NCBI GenBank assembly: GCA_964247055.1 | Contig: OZ176050.1 | Location: forward strand, 8,928,001-8,992,000 | Direction of reading: 5' to 3' | DNA length: 64,000 bases | Source of the DNA: Paragordius varius | Lineage: Eukaryota > Animalia > Nematomorpha | Part shown: piece after piece, positions 36,673-49,981 of the stretch | Layout: each line of letters starts with the position of its first letter | How positions within the stretch are numbered: position 1 is the stretch's first letter | Notes under the pieces: generated by a model | What the model was told of the DNA's origin: nothing | The model's database searches: none | What the model saw: only the letters and a program-made list of their open reading frames with translations | Position numbers and translations under genes: made by a program

Positions 36673-39632
36673 GTATATTTAAAAAGGCTTGCCCTAAAAA
36701 ATTTCGGCATAAAGTACCCTAAATTTGCCATTAATCATGATATAACGATAAAAATGAAACTAACCTTTTAACAAATTTGTTCACTGCCCAGTCATTGTAA
36801 GTTTTTATTTAAAATTACATGATGTTTTATGCACACAGTGTTCAACACAACCGATTTAGTTCGATTTTGTTAATTTATATATTTAGTGTCGCTTAAATAC
36901 TTTATCAGTTATATCTTCCATGGCCTTAATAACTGATTTAAGCAAAACGCTTTTTTTCTATTTGTGCCTAATTCAGAAAAAATCTCCTTTTATATCTTTG
37001 AATAATCATTTAATAAAAAATGATGGAATTATATTTAGAAAAGGATTGTAATTGTGTGTTTTTTTAAGAATGGGTTTTTAATTTTTATACGTGTGTAGTT
37101 TTTTATGCAAATTTCAAAAACAGAAATTTGCATTAGTATTTTGGTTCACTGTTAAGAATCCTTTATATATAGATAATACTCTTTACACATACATAGTATT
37201 TTAACCAACTTAGGAAGAGGTTTCCCCATCCCAGCTTTTACGGATACGAATATAGGATTTTAAAAATTAAAGCAAATCAAAATTATATTAATTAGCGTAG
37301 ATCAAAAAGTTTACTCCCAATTGTTTTAAAAAATGAAGAATGTTTGATAAAAAAAAACTTAGATATTTAAAAGGCGTCAAATAAACTCGTGTTGAAAGCC
37401 AGGATTAAGCGTTATAAGATATGTTTAATTTTCAAAAATTTTTATTTTTGCTTGACAGCACCTAAGGGGGTAAGGTATATACACGCCCCTGACTCCATAA
37501 ATTATGGGGAACTAATTAATTTTTTTTATTTTTTTCGGCACAACTTAAGAGGATTTAAGCAAAGCTGCAAATGCTGGATGCCACTAAACCGCATATTTTA
37601 CTTTAAAATTGTTTTGCAAAACTGTGAAGGTGTTTTAGGTATTTTGCAGTGTTGGGGGATAGGTTATATTATAATGTTATATGAAAATATATATATCGCC
37701 TCAATATTTTGTTTAAAAAATTAAAATTTTATTATTATAAAATTAGATATTTAATTAAATGGTGGTGAACAATATATAATTTGCAGGTAAAAAATATGTT
37801 TAAGGAAATTATATCTATTTGTTTAAAAAATCTGAATAGAGCATCAACATAAAATTATTGGTAAAAATTTTATAAAAAAATACAAGAAGATAAAAAAATA
37901 ATTATGGAGATGTAATCCTGAATGTGCCAATCGTAATTTATATTTGAATTTTTGTAAAAGGAATAGATTTTTAGATTTTTTTCATAAATTAATGTATGTC
38001 TATTATAATATTTAAGTGAAAGTTTAAAGTATTTCATTTATTGTGTGAAAATTAAAACTACGAATTGTTTTATAAAATTTAATTAAAATACGAAGATAAC
38101 CAATTTTTCATTAAGATTAAATTGTTAAAATAATTATATATTGTCGGTATATACCATTCAAGGAATATAATATATGTATGTAAAAGTGGTTGTCCACAAT
38201 CACATGAGAATATTTTTAATATTATCACACCATTATATTCAAATATTAGATTCAGACCAACTTTTTATCTTAAATATTTTTGTTTTATGTGTCTTACACT
38301 ATGCTTTAAAAGGAGCTAAATTAAACATTTTTAGAGTCAAAACAGTATACAGGAAAATACGTGCCTTTTCAGGCGTTTTTGTATTCAATACTAAATAAAT
38401 ATTTAAGTGACACACGTCATATCGAATGTTTTTTTAAAAATACATTATTAAATATTTTGTTTGCTTACATTAAGATTTTTTTGTCATAATTCCTAACAAA
38501 CCCATGTCTTCTTGTCGATTGTGGGAAAATTCATTAAACACAAAATTAATTCTTAGCAATATTTTAGCACACCCTTATTTTTCTTCATTATAAGAAATTT
38601 AAAGATTTTATGGATATACAATGAAGATTTTAAGATTATATATATTTACATTTTATGTCATAGAGTCGGTAATAAAAAATTAAATGGCTTTTTATACCTT
38701 TAAAAATTAAATAAATTATATGTATAAGGTTTATTATTATTATAACATAATTCGTTATTGATATTTTCTGTTATCTATAACAACAAAATTATAGCTACTA
38801 AGGCTGTGGGATAAAATTATCACAAATGCAACTATAAGTTTTTTTTTATTAAATTTTTGTTACAAAATTTTTCACAGCACACAAAACAAAAATAAAAAAG
38901 TGTTAATTAAAAATCAATAAAAAAATATTTGGATGATCGTACTTATCAGGATTAACCAAAAATAGTCAAACATATATTGTCACACTACATTTTTATTTTT
39001 TATAAAATAAAAAATATATTTTTTTAAGAAAATTTATATTTTGTTTAGCTCAGTATAGAGAAATCACGAAACAGAGACGTCTATCAAAAATGACTGACGT
39101 TTGCAATTCATGGGTATTTATAAAATGTAAAAATTATGTAAAGTTTTTAGAATAAAGAATTAAAATTTATTAATAAAATTAAAAGATTTTGGACCTAGAA
39201 TGACACTTTATTTTACCATATATAAAATAAAAAATTATAAAAACATGGATCTTTAATTTTATTAATATTTATGTTCCTCATAATAGTTATTTAAACCATT
39301 TTTTATAAAATTATAATTAATTTTTGGATCAGGTAGGATATTTACGGATTCAAGGACTGTAAATATGCATTATAACCGTATTTGTTTCACCCATCTCTCA
39401 TAATCATTTTAGTCTGGCGAATCGTTAGGTTTTTTTTGGCTTAGATACAGAATAAACGGAATGCATGCTTGGACTTTTTTTGATCTTATAATTATAAATA
39501 TACCCGCCAATTGCTTTAAATTTTATGTTTCAGGAACTTTCCCGAAAAATATAAATTTATCATTAGTGAGGATAATTCAGTCCCTAGCGGAAAATACTAC
39601 TGTTTATAATGCTTATGTTTTTGCATTTAGAA

Positions 39633-39684
<52 letters not shown>

Positions 39685-42600
39685 ATAATATTTTAGACAT
39701 TTGTAATTATTTAAAGCTTTAATTGCATATCGTGTCTTTTTTTCATGATTATTATTTAATTAATAAGTAATTAGTTTTTACTTCGATAAATTTATTAAAA
39801 AACGTGAATACGTGAAAGCAAGGTGTGTATAATATCGTGTTCACCTTTGATTTATAATCGTTCAAAAGAACAAATACATACAGTAAAATCTAGAAGAAAA
39901 CCTAAAAATTATGTATTATATATTAATTTCCTTTAAGAAACAATGATAAGCATTAAAATGATCATTTATAGTTCAGACTTAATGGGATGGGATATAGGTA
40001 TAATCATATTGATAATAAGGAAAAGTAATTAAAATTTGGCAATAACTATAGGTTGCTTGTCCACAATATTTCCAGGTAGGGGGATTAAGTAAACACTTTA
40101 TCCATTATAGCACCTGATTAATGGAAATATGTAAAATGTTGTGTGTTTGAAGAGATTTTTAGGGAAACATGGAGCCGTATTTAAATTCAATTCATTTGGG
40201 TTTTATTTAGAAATGCTCTCGATAATTTGATTCACAAGCCACCGTTTTGACTTAATCATAGTGAAGTATAGCAGGGCACTGCTAATAATTAATTAAATTA
40301 TATGAAAGGGCACTGCTAATAATATTAATTAAATTATATGAAAGATGCCCTAACTTTCAAGGACAACTAAAATTTCAAATCTTACTCAAAAATTGCAGTT
40401 ATAATTAACAAATTTATCAATTATTATTATTATATTGGTCAATTAATTAATAAATCCGGAAAAAAGTATGTTCCCAAAGCATTCAATAAATTTATATCAA
40501 ATATTTTAAAATATTATGTCATTTGTTAAAAATAATATTATTTAAACAATTTTAATTGGTTTTTAGCATACAATCAATTCCCCAAATTTAAATAATATTA
40601 AATTATTATGATTTAATACCGAGCTTTACAGTATTTTATTATATAAAATATTTTATACCAAAAGATTTTGCCAATCTTAAGTATTGAAGAAAATATATGT
40701 ATATTTATAAAAAATATTGTTATTTCCATTGTACGGATGAATTTTTATTTCTTCACAAGACATATAAAGCGATAAAAATATATTTATACAAAAATAAATA
40801 TGGATATATTATATATTGATAATATTGACAAAAATGAAACAATAGTCTTTTTGTATGATAATAAGCAATTAATCATAAGCAAGTATATTTTCTCACAACC
40901 AATAACTATTAATGGGGACACAACATTCTAGCTACAATATTTGGTTTTAATATATTTAAAATTCAATTTATTTTATATTCAATAATCCATTTTGCCAGGA
41001 ATTCTGAATCAAATAAAAATTGTTGTAAACTTATCCTTGGAATAAATCGTTATATAAAAAATGCCTTTTCTATCATTATAAAGTTCCGAAACGGATATCA
41101 ACAATAATAAAACCTTATTCAAATTACAAAGTTTGAAAATCATAATTAGCTAAACAATGACACTTTGTTGCAAATCATGTGCCCATATCAAGATTTTTAA
41201 GTTATATCATGTTAAAAGTTCTCAATTCTTATGCGTAAGTTTTTTCTTTTTATAATATTTAAACCGTTTATTGAATTTTACCAAAATTATCGAGGATTGA
41301 AATAATTTAATTGGGCACAAATGACATTATATAAATAATTTTTATACATATTATATCACATTTGAAAGAAATTGCCATCATATATGTAAATATGGCTGCT
41401 GTTTATATTCCAATAATATAATAATCATACCTATTCTATTATTGAATTGTTCTCAAATTAATTCAAATATCATAAAGTTTAAATTGGGCCCGATTTTCTC
41501 CCTGTCATTTTCGAATCTTAATTTTTATGGTGATTGGCATTGAGAAAAAATAAAAATATTTGTTTTGGTAACAATGAACTTTAAATTGATAAAAATTTAT
41601 TTCAGATTTTTTTACTTGATTTACCGAATATATAAGCGGAATGATATATTTGACTGACAATATCCCCGAATATTCATTGTTTGGAGCAAAAAAATTTATT
41701 TTGAAAACTCGAATTAAATTATAAGAATGTGAGTAAAAAAATTAATTTTATAAGATTAATTTGTAGTTCAAAATAAAACTCTCAGATATATATATATATA
41801 TATATATGTAATATTGTATACAGAGACACACAAATTAATTTGATTATAGTTTGAATATAATTTAATTTAATTTATTAATGCAGATAAAGCTATAATCTTC
41901 CAATTATTTTTTCTACAATTTAACACTACCATCTCTTACCTAAACGCATTAATTTAATTTAATCAAATTTAATTTAATACATAGTTACACTGTGCCTAAC
42001 TATAAAATTAATAAATTATCCTAAATTTTCGAGAATCTAGAATTATTTAAAGTAGTTGTTGGCTTTTATGACATCTTTGTGGCGCAATAACTTCTAATTA
42101 AAATATTTGTAAATTAACCTTCTATAAATGTTCATGACGGTTTTAAATCACTTTTCCACACCATTATCTTCTGGAATTCAACATTTACATATATTTTTTT
42201 ACACTTAATGCAATTTCTAAAATTTGGGTCGCAAACACCCTCCAATAAGCTTAACTGTCTTTATTTCGAATTTTATAACCGGGCGAGTAATTTCAATAAT
42301 ATCTGTTAATTATGATTTTAAAATTGTATTAATTAATTTCAGGTTGCCAGAAAGGGTAAAAAAATATTTTACACAAAATTATGCTATGTAAATAAATGTA
42401 ATCAATTTTTTTATAAAGATATTACTTAAGTTAGCAAAAATACTTTTGAACTGATTAATACCTGTGCAAAATAGCTGCTCCATAGTAAATTGACACAATC
42501 TCAATATTTTATGAAATAACTTAGTTGAAAGCGAATTTTACAATTTTGTTTAAATGAAACAGAAATTATTTTAAATTATAAAAAAATATCAATTTTTTTT

Positions 42601-43364
42601 CTAAATAAAATATAACTTTATATTTTTTGGCAAAACTTATAATTAAAAACAATTCAAACCATAAACCCAAGAGCGTGAAAAATATTTAATGATATTTTAA
42701 ATATAATTATTTACTGATTTGTGATATATAGGGTGTGAAATTTTACAAAATATTTTATAAATTTAAATATCGAAGGATCCATTAATTTACAATTTTTTAA
42801 GAAACGCTTCTAATAGGTTTTAATCTGTTGAGCGGTATTCTTTTACATAAATGAATAAAAATGTGAAATTCGAGATATTAAAATTATATATGGAAAGGGA
42901 CCCCAAAATATTTTTTGGATAATTTTATATATATATATTTAATTTTGGTGTGTTTTAAATTCATTAGTAAGTTATTTGTTAGGGGCTTGAATATTGCTAA
43001 AATAAATTTTTCCAACCAGGTAGTGTTAAAGATAGAGTCAATGATAGGCTTTCAAAATTCGAGTGCATAGAAATTAAGAAAAAAGGATTAAAAAACTGAC
43101 CATAGTATAGTATATATAGATTACCATTTTTTTCGGCCAATAAATATATCATTATTAATTATGCTTTTAGCTGCTTCAAAACTTTGATGATACAACTTTC
43201 AACGGATGCTAGAAACAAAATGAAAATCCGCTAATTACACTTTACCTATCAGATAATGTAACTTTTAATAACGAAATAAAAATATATGTAATTACAATCA
43301 AAAAAATTGCAAATAACCTGTATTAAAAAATCAACCATTACTCGGTGCAAATACCAACAATAAT

Positions 43365-45878
43365 ATGATTGATAACAATAATAATAATAATAACATTTTA
43401 AATATTAACAATATGAATCATGAAATTGTCAACGCACATCATCAGCCCCCAAATTATTCTGGGAAATGTGCCATATCAAACGCCAAAATAAAACGACACA
43501 GGACACGCTTTACCCCCGGGCAATTGAATGAACTGGAAAGAAATTTTAACAAAACTCATTATCCCGATATTTTTATGCGGGAGGAAATAGCACTTAGGGT
43601 TGGCCTCACAGAATCAAGGGTACAGGTATGACAATTTTTTGAACCAAATGACACATATATTCCAATATATAAAGATCGTTAAGGCTAAATGTAGGTATAC
43701 AATATTCCTGGAAAAATATATGTAACCTTTAAAAAAGTATAAAAAATTTTTTTTTGAATAATGCGGCTTTACCTATTTTTGTAAATTACATATCGTTTTA
43801 TCGTATATATTTGTATTTAGTTTATTTAAGAGAGAGATACTTCTTACAAATAAATAGGGAATAAGAGGGCATTTGGAAACATGTTTTGATATTTAGCAGT
43901 CTGCTTTTTTAAATAAAATATTTTTAATAATAATAACAATAATAAATGATAAGTAAGGCAGATAATTTTTATATTTATATGAGAACCTTTTCAAATTCCA
44001 ATTTGTATCAATGAAAATAATATTTACCTTGTATCATTTATATTTAGTAATTTTCAGCCTATTTAAAACATAGAGTTAATTAGACGAGTCACATTTGCCA
44101 ACATTTTTCTGGCTTAAATTGTTTGTTTTTTAAAAAATATACCGAGTTTTTAACTCCTATTTAAAGGACATATATTAATTGATATATAATTAAGAAAATG
44201 ACTTTTCTGAATAAACCTAATTGCATTCAAACATATTTAGGTTTGGTTTCAAAACAGAAGGGCTAAATGGAAGAAGCGTAGGAAACAGGTTCATAGATCG
44301 TCAGGATTTGGTGGAATCGTGGCTGGTACACATAATGCTGGCAATTATCCCACAAACGCGTCTAACTTTATCGATATGTCCAACAAAAACGATACAAATC
44401 AATCTACACCGAATGAAATTCAAATGGAAGGCGGGAATGAACTTGATGAGGAAGTGAGCGATGTTGGGGACGAAGAAAATTCTATGGATGATGAATCGAA
44501 TAGGTCTGAGAACACAAGGATTAAGCTTCAAAAGAATCAAAATGGTGTTGAAGTCAAACATCAATATGAATATGATAAGGAGTTGGCGAATCAATTACAA
44601 ACAATTAATCATGAAAATAGAAATGACAGCCGCCACCCCAATCCACCATTCCAAGAATCTTTAACCAGATCCAACTCGCATTCTGGTAACAATATTCAAT
44701 TTTTAATTCATAATAATAATATGAATCAATCAAAAACCTTGGTGGAAAATAATCCGTTTGTGAGCGATACTCTTGTCGTTACATCACAAAAATACAATAC
44801 AAGTTCTCAATCGTTTAGTGCAATTACATATGGAGTTAATATTGATAACAGGCATGAAAGTAAAAATGGTGAAGATCCATCGACAAATATATTAACTCCA
44901 TATAACACATCACAACACACTAATTTGAGCCAAAATGCTCCAGAATATTATGAAACCTGTGACTATACTTTAGTCAAAAAGGATTTTAAAAGCTCCACCC
45001 ATAATACATCCATATTTTCTCCATATTTCCACAGTACAAGTTATTACACTCAAAACAATTTATATAATCTTGATTTTTCTACAACGCCTAATTCGGAAGT
45101 TGCCATACCTATGTCCTCCACGTTGTATCAAGATCAGGAATCATTTAAAAGTAATTTTAGTCCACCCTCTTTCATGCCCACTATGTTTGCGCCCACCAAT
45201 TATGTCAACAATCATTCCTTTATGAGTCCATACTTTCATGGGGACTGCAATTTTTACAATAACCTAGTCGTCGAGAGTAATGCCTATAACTTATTCTCAC
45301 CAAACCATCATTATACACCAACCATAAACCCTAACTCCAATTTCGCCTACAATAATATTCAAAATAATGTTATTACTGATTCTTCGGGAGAAACGTTGAC
45401 ACATTTTGGGAGCTATCAGGCAAATATGATGAACGTTGCGACTATAAATTATAATAGTGCCCATATTATTGATCCCTATAATAATGGGTACAGCAGTAAT
45501 CACAATAATTACAATGTTGAACATCCGCCGTTTATATCCGCTCAACCATTCCCCTCCTATACATTTAATCATGAAAAAGGAGTCGAAACAGAACAGCCCA
45601 ATTTTTATCAATTCCCTTTTATGACATATCACCCACAAACACAACAAGCTAATTGCCCTAACCAACCAGATAATAGTAGTTGCTATATGTTTAATTATCA
45701 GCAAAAGCCTCTCATGGTACCTAACAAAGGGGAAACATCTTCTACGGAGAGGAAAATGTTTGAACTCAACAACACTTTTACCAACAAAGACATTTACTCA
45801 TCAACCAAAATAATTGAGAATGGGGATGAGACAGGAATATACCTGAATAATACAAATCATCCCTCTATTGGCAATTAA
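43365..45878 (+). CDS. otp: Orthopedia paired-class homeodomain protein, 2 exons (43365-43625, 44241-45878), ~630 aa
   Basis: Homeodomain [45 protein letters not shown]|[15 protein letters not shown] matches the Otp signature. Phase-0 GT-AG intron at VQ|VWF. An upstream exon cannot be excluded. Confidence 0.93.
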
Positions 45879-46164
45879 ATATATAGAATTAATTTTTATT
45901 TTTTTTACAATGTTACTGTGCAATATATTATAATGTTACAAGCGATTTCATATTTATTATCCATATAGTCAATAAATTATTTATTTTTCTGAATACAATT
46001 TATCTAAATTATATGGAGCATAGTCAAGCATTTGTGCTTAATATTCCGCTGTACTTTGAAATTAATTATTATTTTATAATGGATTACTACTGTTTTCGCC
46101 TTGATAAACTTTGTTTTAAAATTTCGATTCAAATTGGGATATGAATACCCCAAACTATATTTAA

Positions 46165-46547
46165 GTTGATTAAAAAAAACTACTGAAAGAAACGGTCCTA
46201 ATTTAAATTTATGCGTCTATCCTAATAAAAAATATGTAAATATGCCGAAATATCTAAATAAAAATTACTTTTGAAAAAAGTTTTCCATATCAAACTACTT
46301 GACGCCATTTTTGTTTTACAAAATTTTTGCCAAATATCGTGTTTATTTTTACCTCTGAATGAATAATATCAAATACTTTTGAATGAATTTTTTGTTTATT
46401 TCGGATCATTGATGCTATTTAACTACAAACTTTTGCCATGGCTTTAACTTCTTTCTAATTTTTTGAGATATTTAATTTTAAGCAAGCCTGAGCTAAGCGA
46501 CCCCAATTTGAATTGAAGGATTGAAATGATTGTGTTGTATCCAAGTG
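46165..46547 (-). mobile_element. Repeat family X, inverted and internally deleted copy
   Basis: Reverse complement of the 10619 and 46856 copies; ends gtgttgtatccaagtg. Confidence 0.75.
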
Positions 46548-46855
46548 TTTATAGGTGAGGTAAGGAATGGTCTACCTATTATTAAATAATAATTACTAAT
46601 TTAAAATATAAGGTTTAAAATGTAAAATTAAAAATTATGTTTTTTATGTACAGCTAAGTAAAAATTTAATATTTTATCCGTTGTGGGGTTATAAACCAGT
46701 TATTTATTTTATTTAATAATGTATATACTCTAGACTTGGAGTGTCAGAAGTGGTTACGCTATCGATTTCGTGATCGCGACCGCCTGAAAATTTGAATTTT
46801 TTTCAACATATTGAATTTTTTCGGATATGCATATGTTTTTAGGCATTTGCATTAA

Positions 46856-47880
46856 TACTTGGATACAACACACTCATTTTAATCCTTCAATGCAAATTGG
46901 GGTAGTTGAATGTTCGAGACCTGTTTAAAAGCAAATACTTTAAAAAGTATGGAAGGAATCGAAACAATAGAAAATTTTGAACTTAGATAACATTGATAAA
47001 CCCAAATATATAAAAAATTTTATTCAAAAATACTCGATATTACTTATTTTAAGCTACCGAAAGGTAAAATTTCGTCAACGTAACATGTGTGAAATGGTAA
47101 AATTAAAAAATAATACAAAATAAACCGCTTTTTCTATTTCTATCAATGTTAGATGTAAATTAAATAACACTTAGCTTTAATTTTAGGCTTAAAATTAAAT
47201 GAAGACGATATTTTGCAAAAATTTTGTAAAATAAAAATGGCGTCGAAATATTTTGACATGGTACTTTTTTTTCACAAAATTTTATTTAGATATTTTGGCA
47301 TATTTTTAAAATTTTTATTATGATAGAAGCATTAATTTAAATTAAAGCCGTTTCCTTTAGTAGTTTTTTAAAATATTAGTTTAAATTTAGTCTGGGGTAT
47401 TTAGATATCCCAATTTGCAGTGGTAACACTTGGAGACGACACATTCATTACAGTTATTCAATTCAAAAGGTCGTTTGATACCCCAGATTTGTTTAAAATA
47501 AAATACTTTAAAAAATATGGAATGAACTAAAATCATGGTAAAAGTCTTTTATAACATTAATGAACCGAAATATAAAAAAAATTCATTCAAAAATAGTTGA
47601 TATAACTTTTTAGGTTATAAGGTAAAAATCATGACATGTATGCATTAACTAACTTTAAACATAATACAAAATAAACACTTTTTATGTTTCTATCAATAGA
47701 TGTGAATATAAAAAATTAGCTTTACTTTAGCCTTAAAATCAAATAAATGATATTTTGCATAAATTTTGTAAAATAAAAATGGCGTCGATAAAACATAAAA
47801 ACTAAATTTAATTTAGATATTTCGGCTTATTTATATAATTTTTGTTAGGACAGAATCATAAATTTAAATTAAGGCCGTTT
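46856..47880 (+). mobile_element. Two tandem copies of repeat family X (46856-47380, 47427-47880)
   Basis: Both start (t/c)acttgga(t/g)ac(a/g)acac and are colinear with 10619-11110. Confidence 0.75.
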
Positions 47881-48054
47881 GGCGTATTCAGATACCCTAA
47901 TAATCAAAGTATTAAAACTTAAATTCAGTAATTCCTTAATATAGTATTTAACTTTGAGCAAAGTTTTTTTAAAAATACAAGAGAAGCAGTTTTAACTTTA
48001 TATTTTAGAATGAACCAGAAAAAAGAATAAATGGGAATTTTATAATGATAAATG

Positions 48055-48558
48055 GTTTCCGGAAAACCGGTAGACCCATTCAAATCCAAATATCGAAAAA
48101 ATATAATCATTAATGAATGCCCCGACAATAGCTTCGCCCTTTTTGAATAAGGCCCCAAGTTCAGGCCCACCCCGTGTAATAAACGGTTTTTTTAAAACAG
48201 AAGTCACATATATCGTGTCTTTGAGACAATTATCCGGAAACATGTTGGACCATTCGATTTTAAATATGATTTTTGTTTACTTATTTTCGATTCGCCGAAC
48301 ATAGTCGGCTCGCTTTTTTAATTTAGGCCCTCTTTTTACCCGCTCCCTCCGTAAAATGCCATTTTTTTCAAAAAACAAAGTCCACACAAATAATTATTTA
48401 AATCTATTCGCCCAAGGTATGAGACCGTAAATATTCAATAAGGATTCCACGTATTCCCTGTTAAAAAGCAAAAATTTTAGTCAAGCGTTTCTTTGATGAT
48501 AGCTGCTGGGTAAAGAGCTACCCGCAAAAAACTGACCCGTGATATCGAAATCGCGTGC
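48055..48558 (+). mobile_element. Helitron fragment truncated at both ends
   Basis: High similarity to ~17205-17690 (tttccggaaaaccggtagacccattc...ctgacccgt.atatcgaaat). Confidence 0.85.
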
Positions 48559-49981
48559 TTTGTTCTCCTGTATTAGCTAAAATGTTTATAGTTTTTAAAG
48601 TGTCTAATTTGGGACAGTTCTAAAACACGATTAAAATAAACATATTTTTAAATCAATAATAAGTTTTTGCGAATAAAATTATACCTTAAAGCTTACCAAG
48701 GTTAATTATTAACATTTTCCAATATAATATACATTTATTTGCCTATTGTACCAGCGAATTATGTATATTTAACTTAAACATGGCGTCAAAAGAGTTTGAG
48801 ATGAGGTTTTTTTACAATTTTACATTTTTTTAAAAAAAATTGCACTAGACTGCTGATGATATATATGTATTCCGATGGGGAAATGTACAAAGATTATAAT
48901 GATTCTTTGGTGTTGGCCCTTACGAGTGGTATAAAAATGTTATTTACACTTTTGTGGTAAGTGATCCATATCAGAAAATGGCAAAATGTGCAATAACGCC
49001 AAACAAAATACTCAAATAATTTTAATTTTAGTTGTGGGCACCGAACCCATTTTTGCTCTTCTAAAATAGGCTAGTCCTCTTAAAATTTAATCAAATGGCA
49101 GGTTGAGCAATAAAAGTTTTAATATGCTTTAAAAACAATAAAAATTTTTTATAATAATTGCCTACCTTTTTAAAAATTTGATTTTTATAATTTTTGAGTA
49201 GAGTCATAATATAATTGGTATAAAAACGCTTTAAGAGATAAAAACAGATTCTGTATATTATTTGATAATGCTGAACATTTCTATCCTTCCAAATTTCGAT
49301 GAATATATTAGTTCTTCAAGATTATGCTAAATATATGGTACATGAACCTTTAAATATTTTCAAGCATTAGATATGTTCATTATATCGAAAAACTATTTTT
49401 ATAATATAGCATTTTTAAGCGTTTCCATCATGGCTCAAAATAGTATGAAGACGCTTAAGCAACTTTTTCCTAAAATGCATTTTTTTAAAATATTATCATT
49501 TGATCCTTAAAGAAAATATTTACACTTATATGGTAGCGCATATTTATGCTTAATATTTTTTGTGAGAGATAAATGCTATATTCCGAAATGATTAAAATGC
49601 ACCAAAATATTCAAAAAGAACTATTACAAAGTAATGTATAAATAATTTAAAAAAATAGGTACGAAATTTAATAAATGACATTTTTATATTAGAAATTTTT
49701 TTTACTTATTATAAAGCCAAAATTTAATTTTCACCAAATATCTTTGGGTTTTTGTTATAAACTTTAATATTTTTTAGTATCTTTATTTTTAATATTTTTA
49801 CTTTATAATTATGAATTTCCATCAATAATAAATATGTTTTCACTATCTTGGTGCATAAAATAATTTTTGACGCTACAGCAAAAAATTTATTTTCACTATT
49901 TTATGTTATCCACATTATCAATTCATCTGTAACAAATACCACTATTAATTTGCATTTAATTAGCGAAATCCGATTAACATT

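Noticed and set aside
48780-49080. Possible small spliced gene starting MASKEFEM
   Set aside because: The exon chains I tried run into stops within one or two exons, and there is no homology. It sits in repeat-derived sequence.
49230-49380. ILFDNAEH...EPLN as a pogo/Tc1 transposase remnant
   Set aside because: Only two weak motifs in different frames; not supportable without a profile search.
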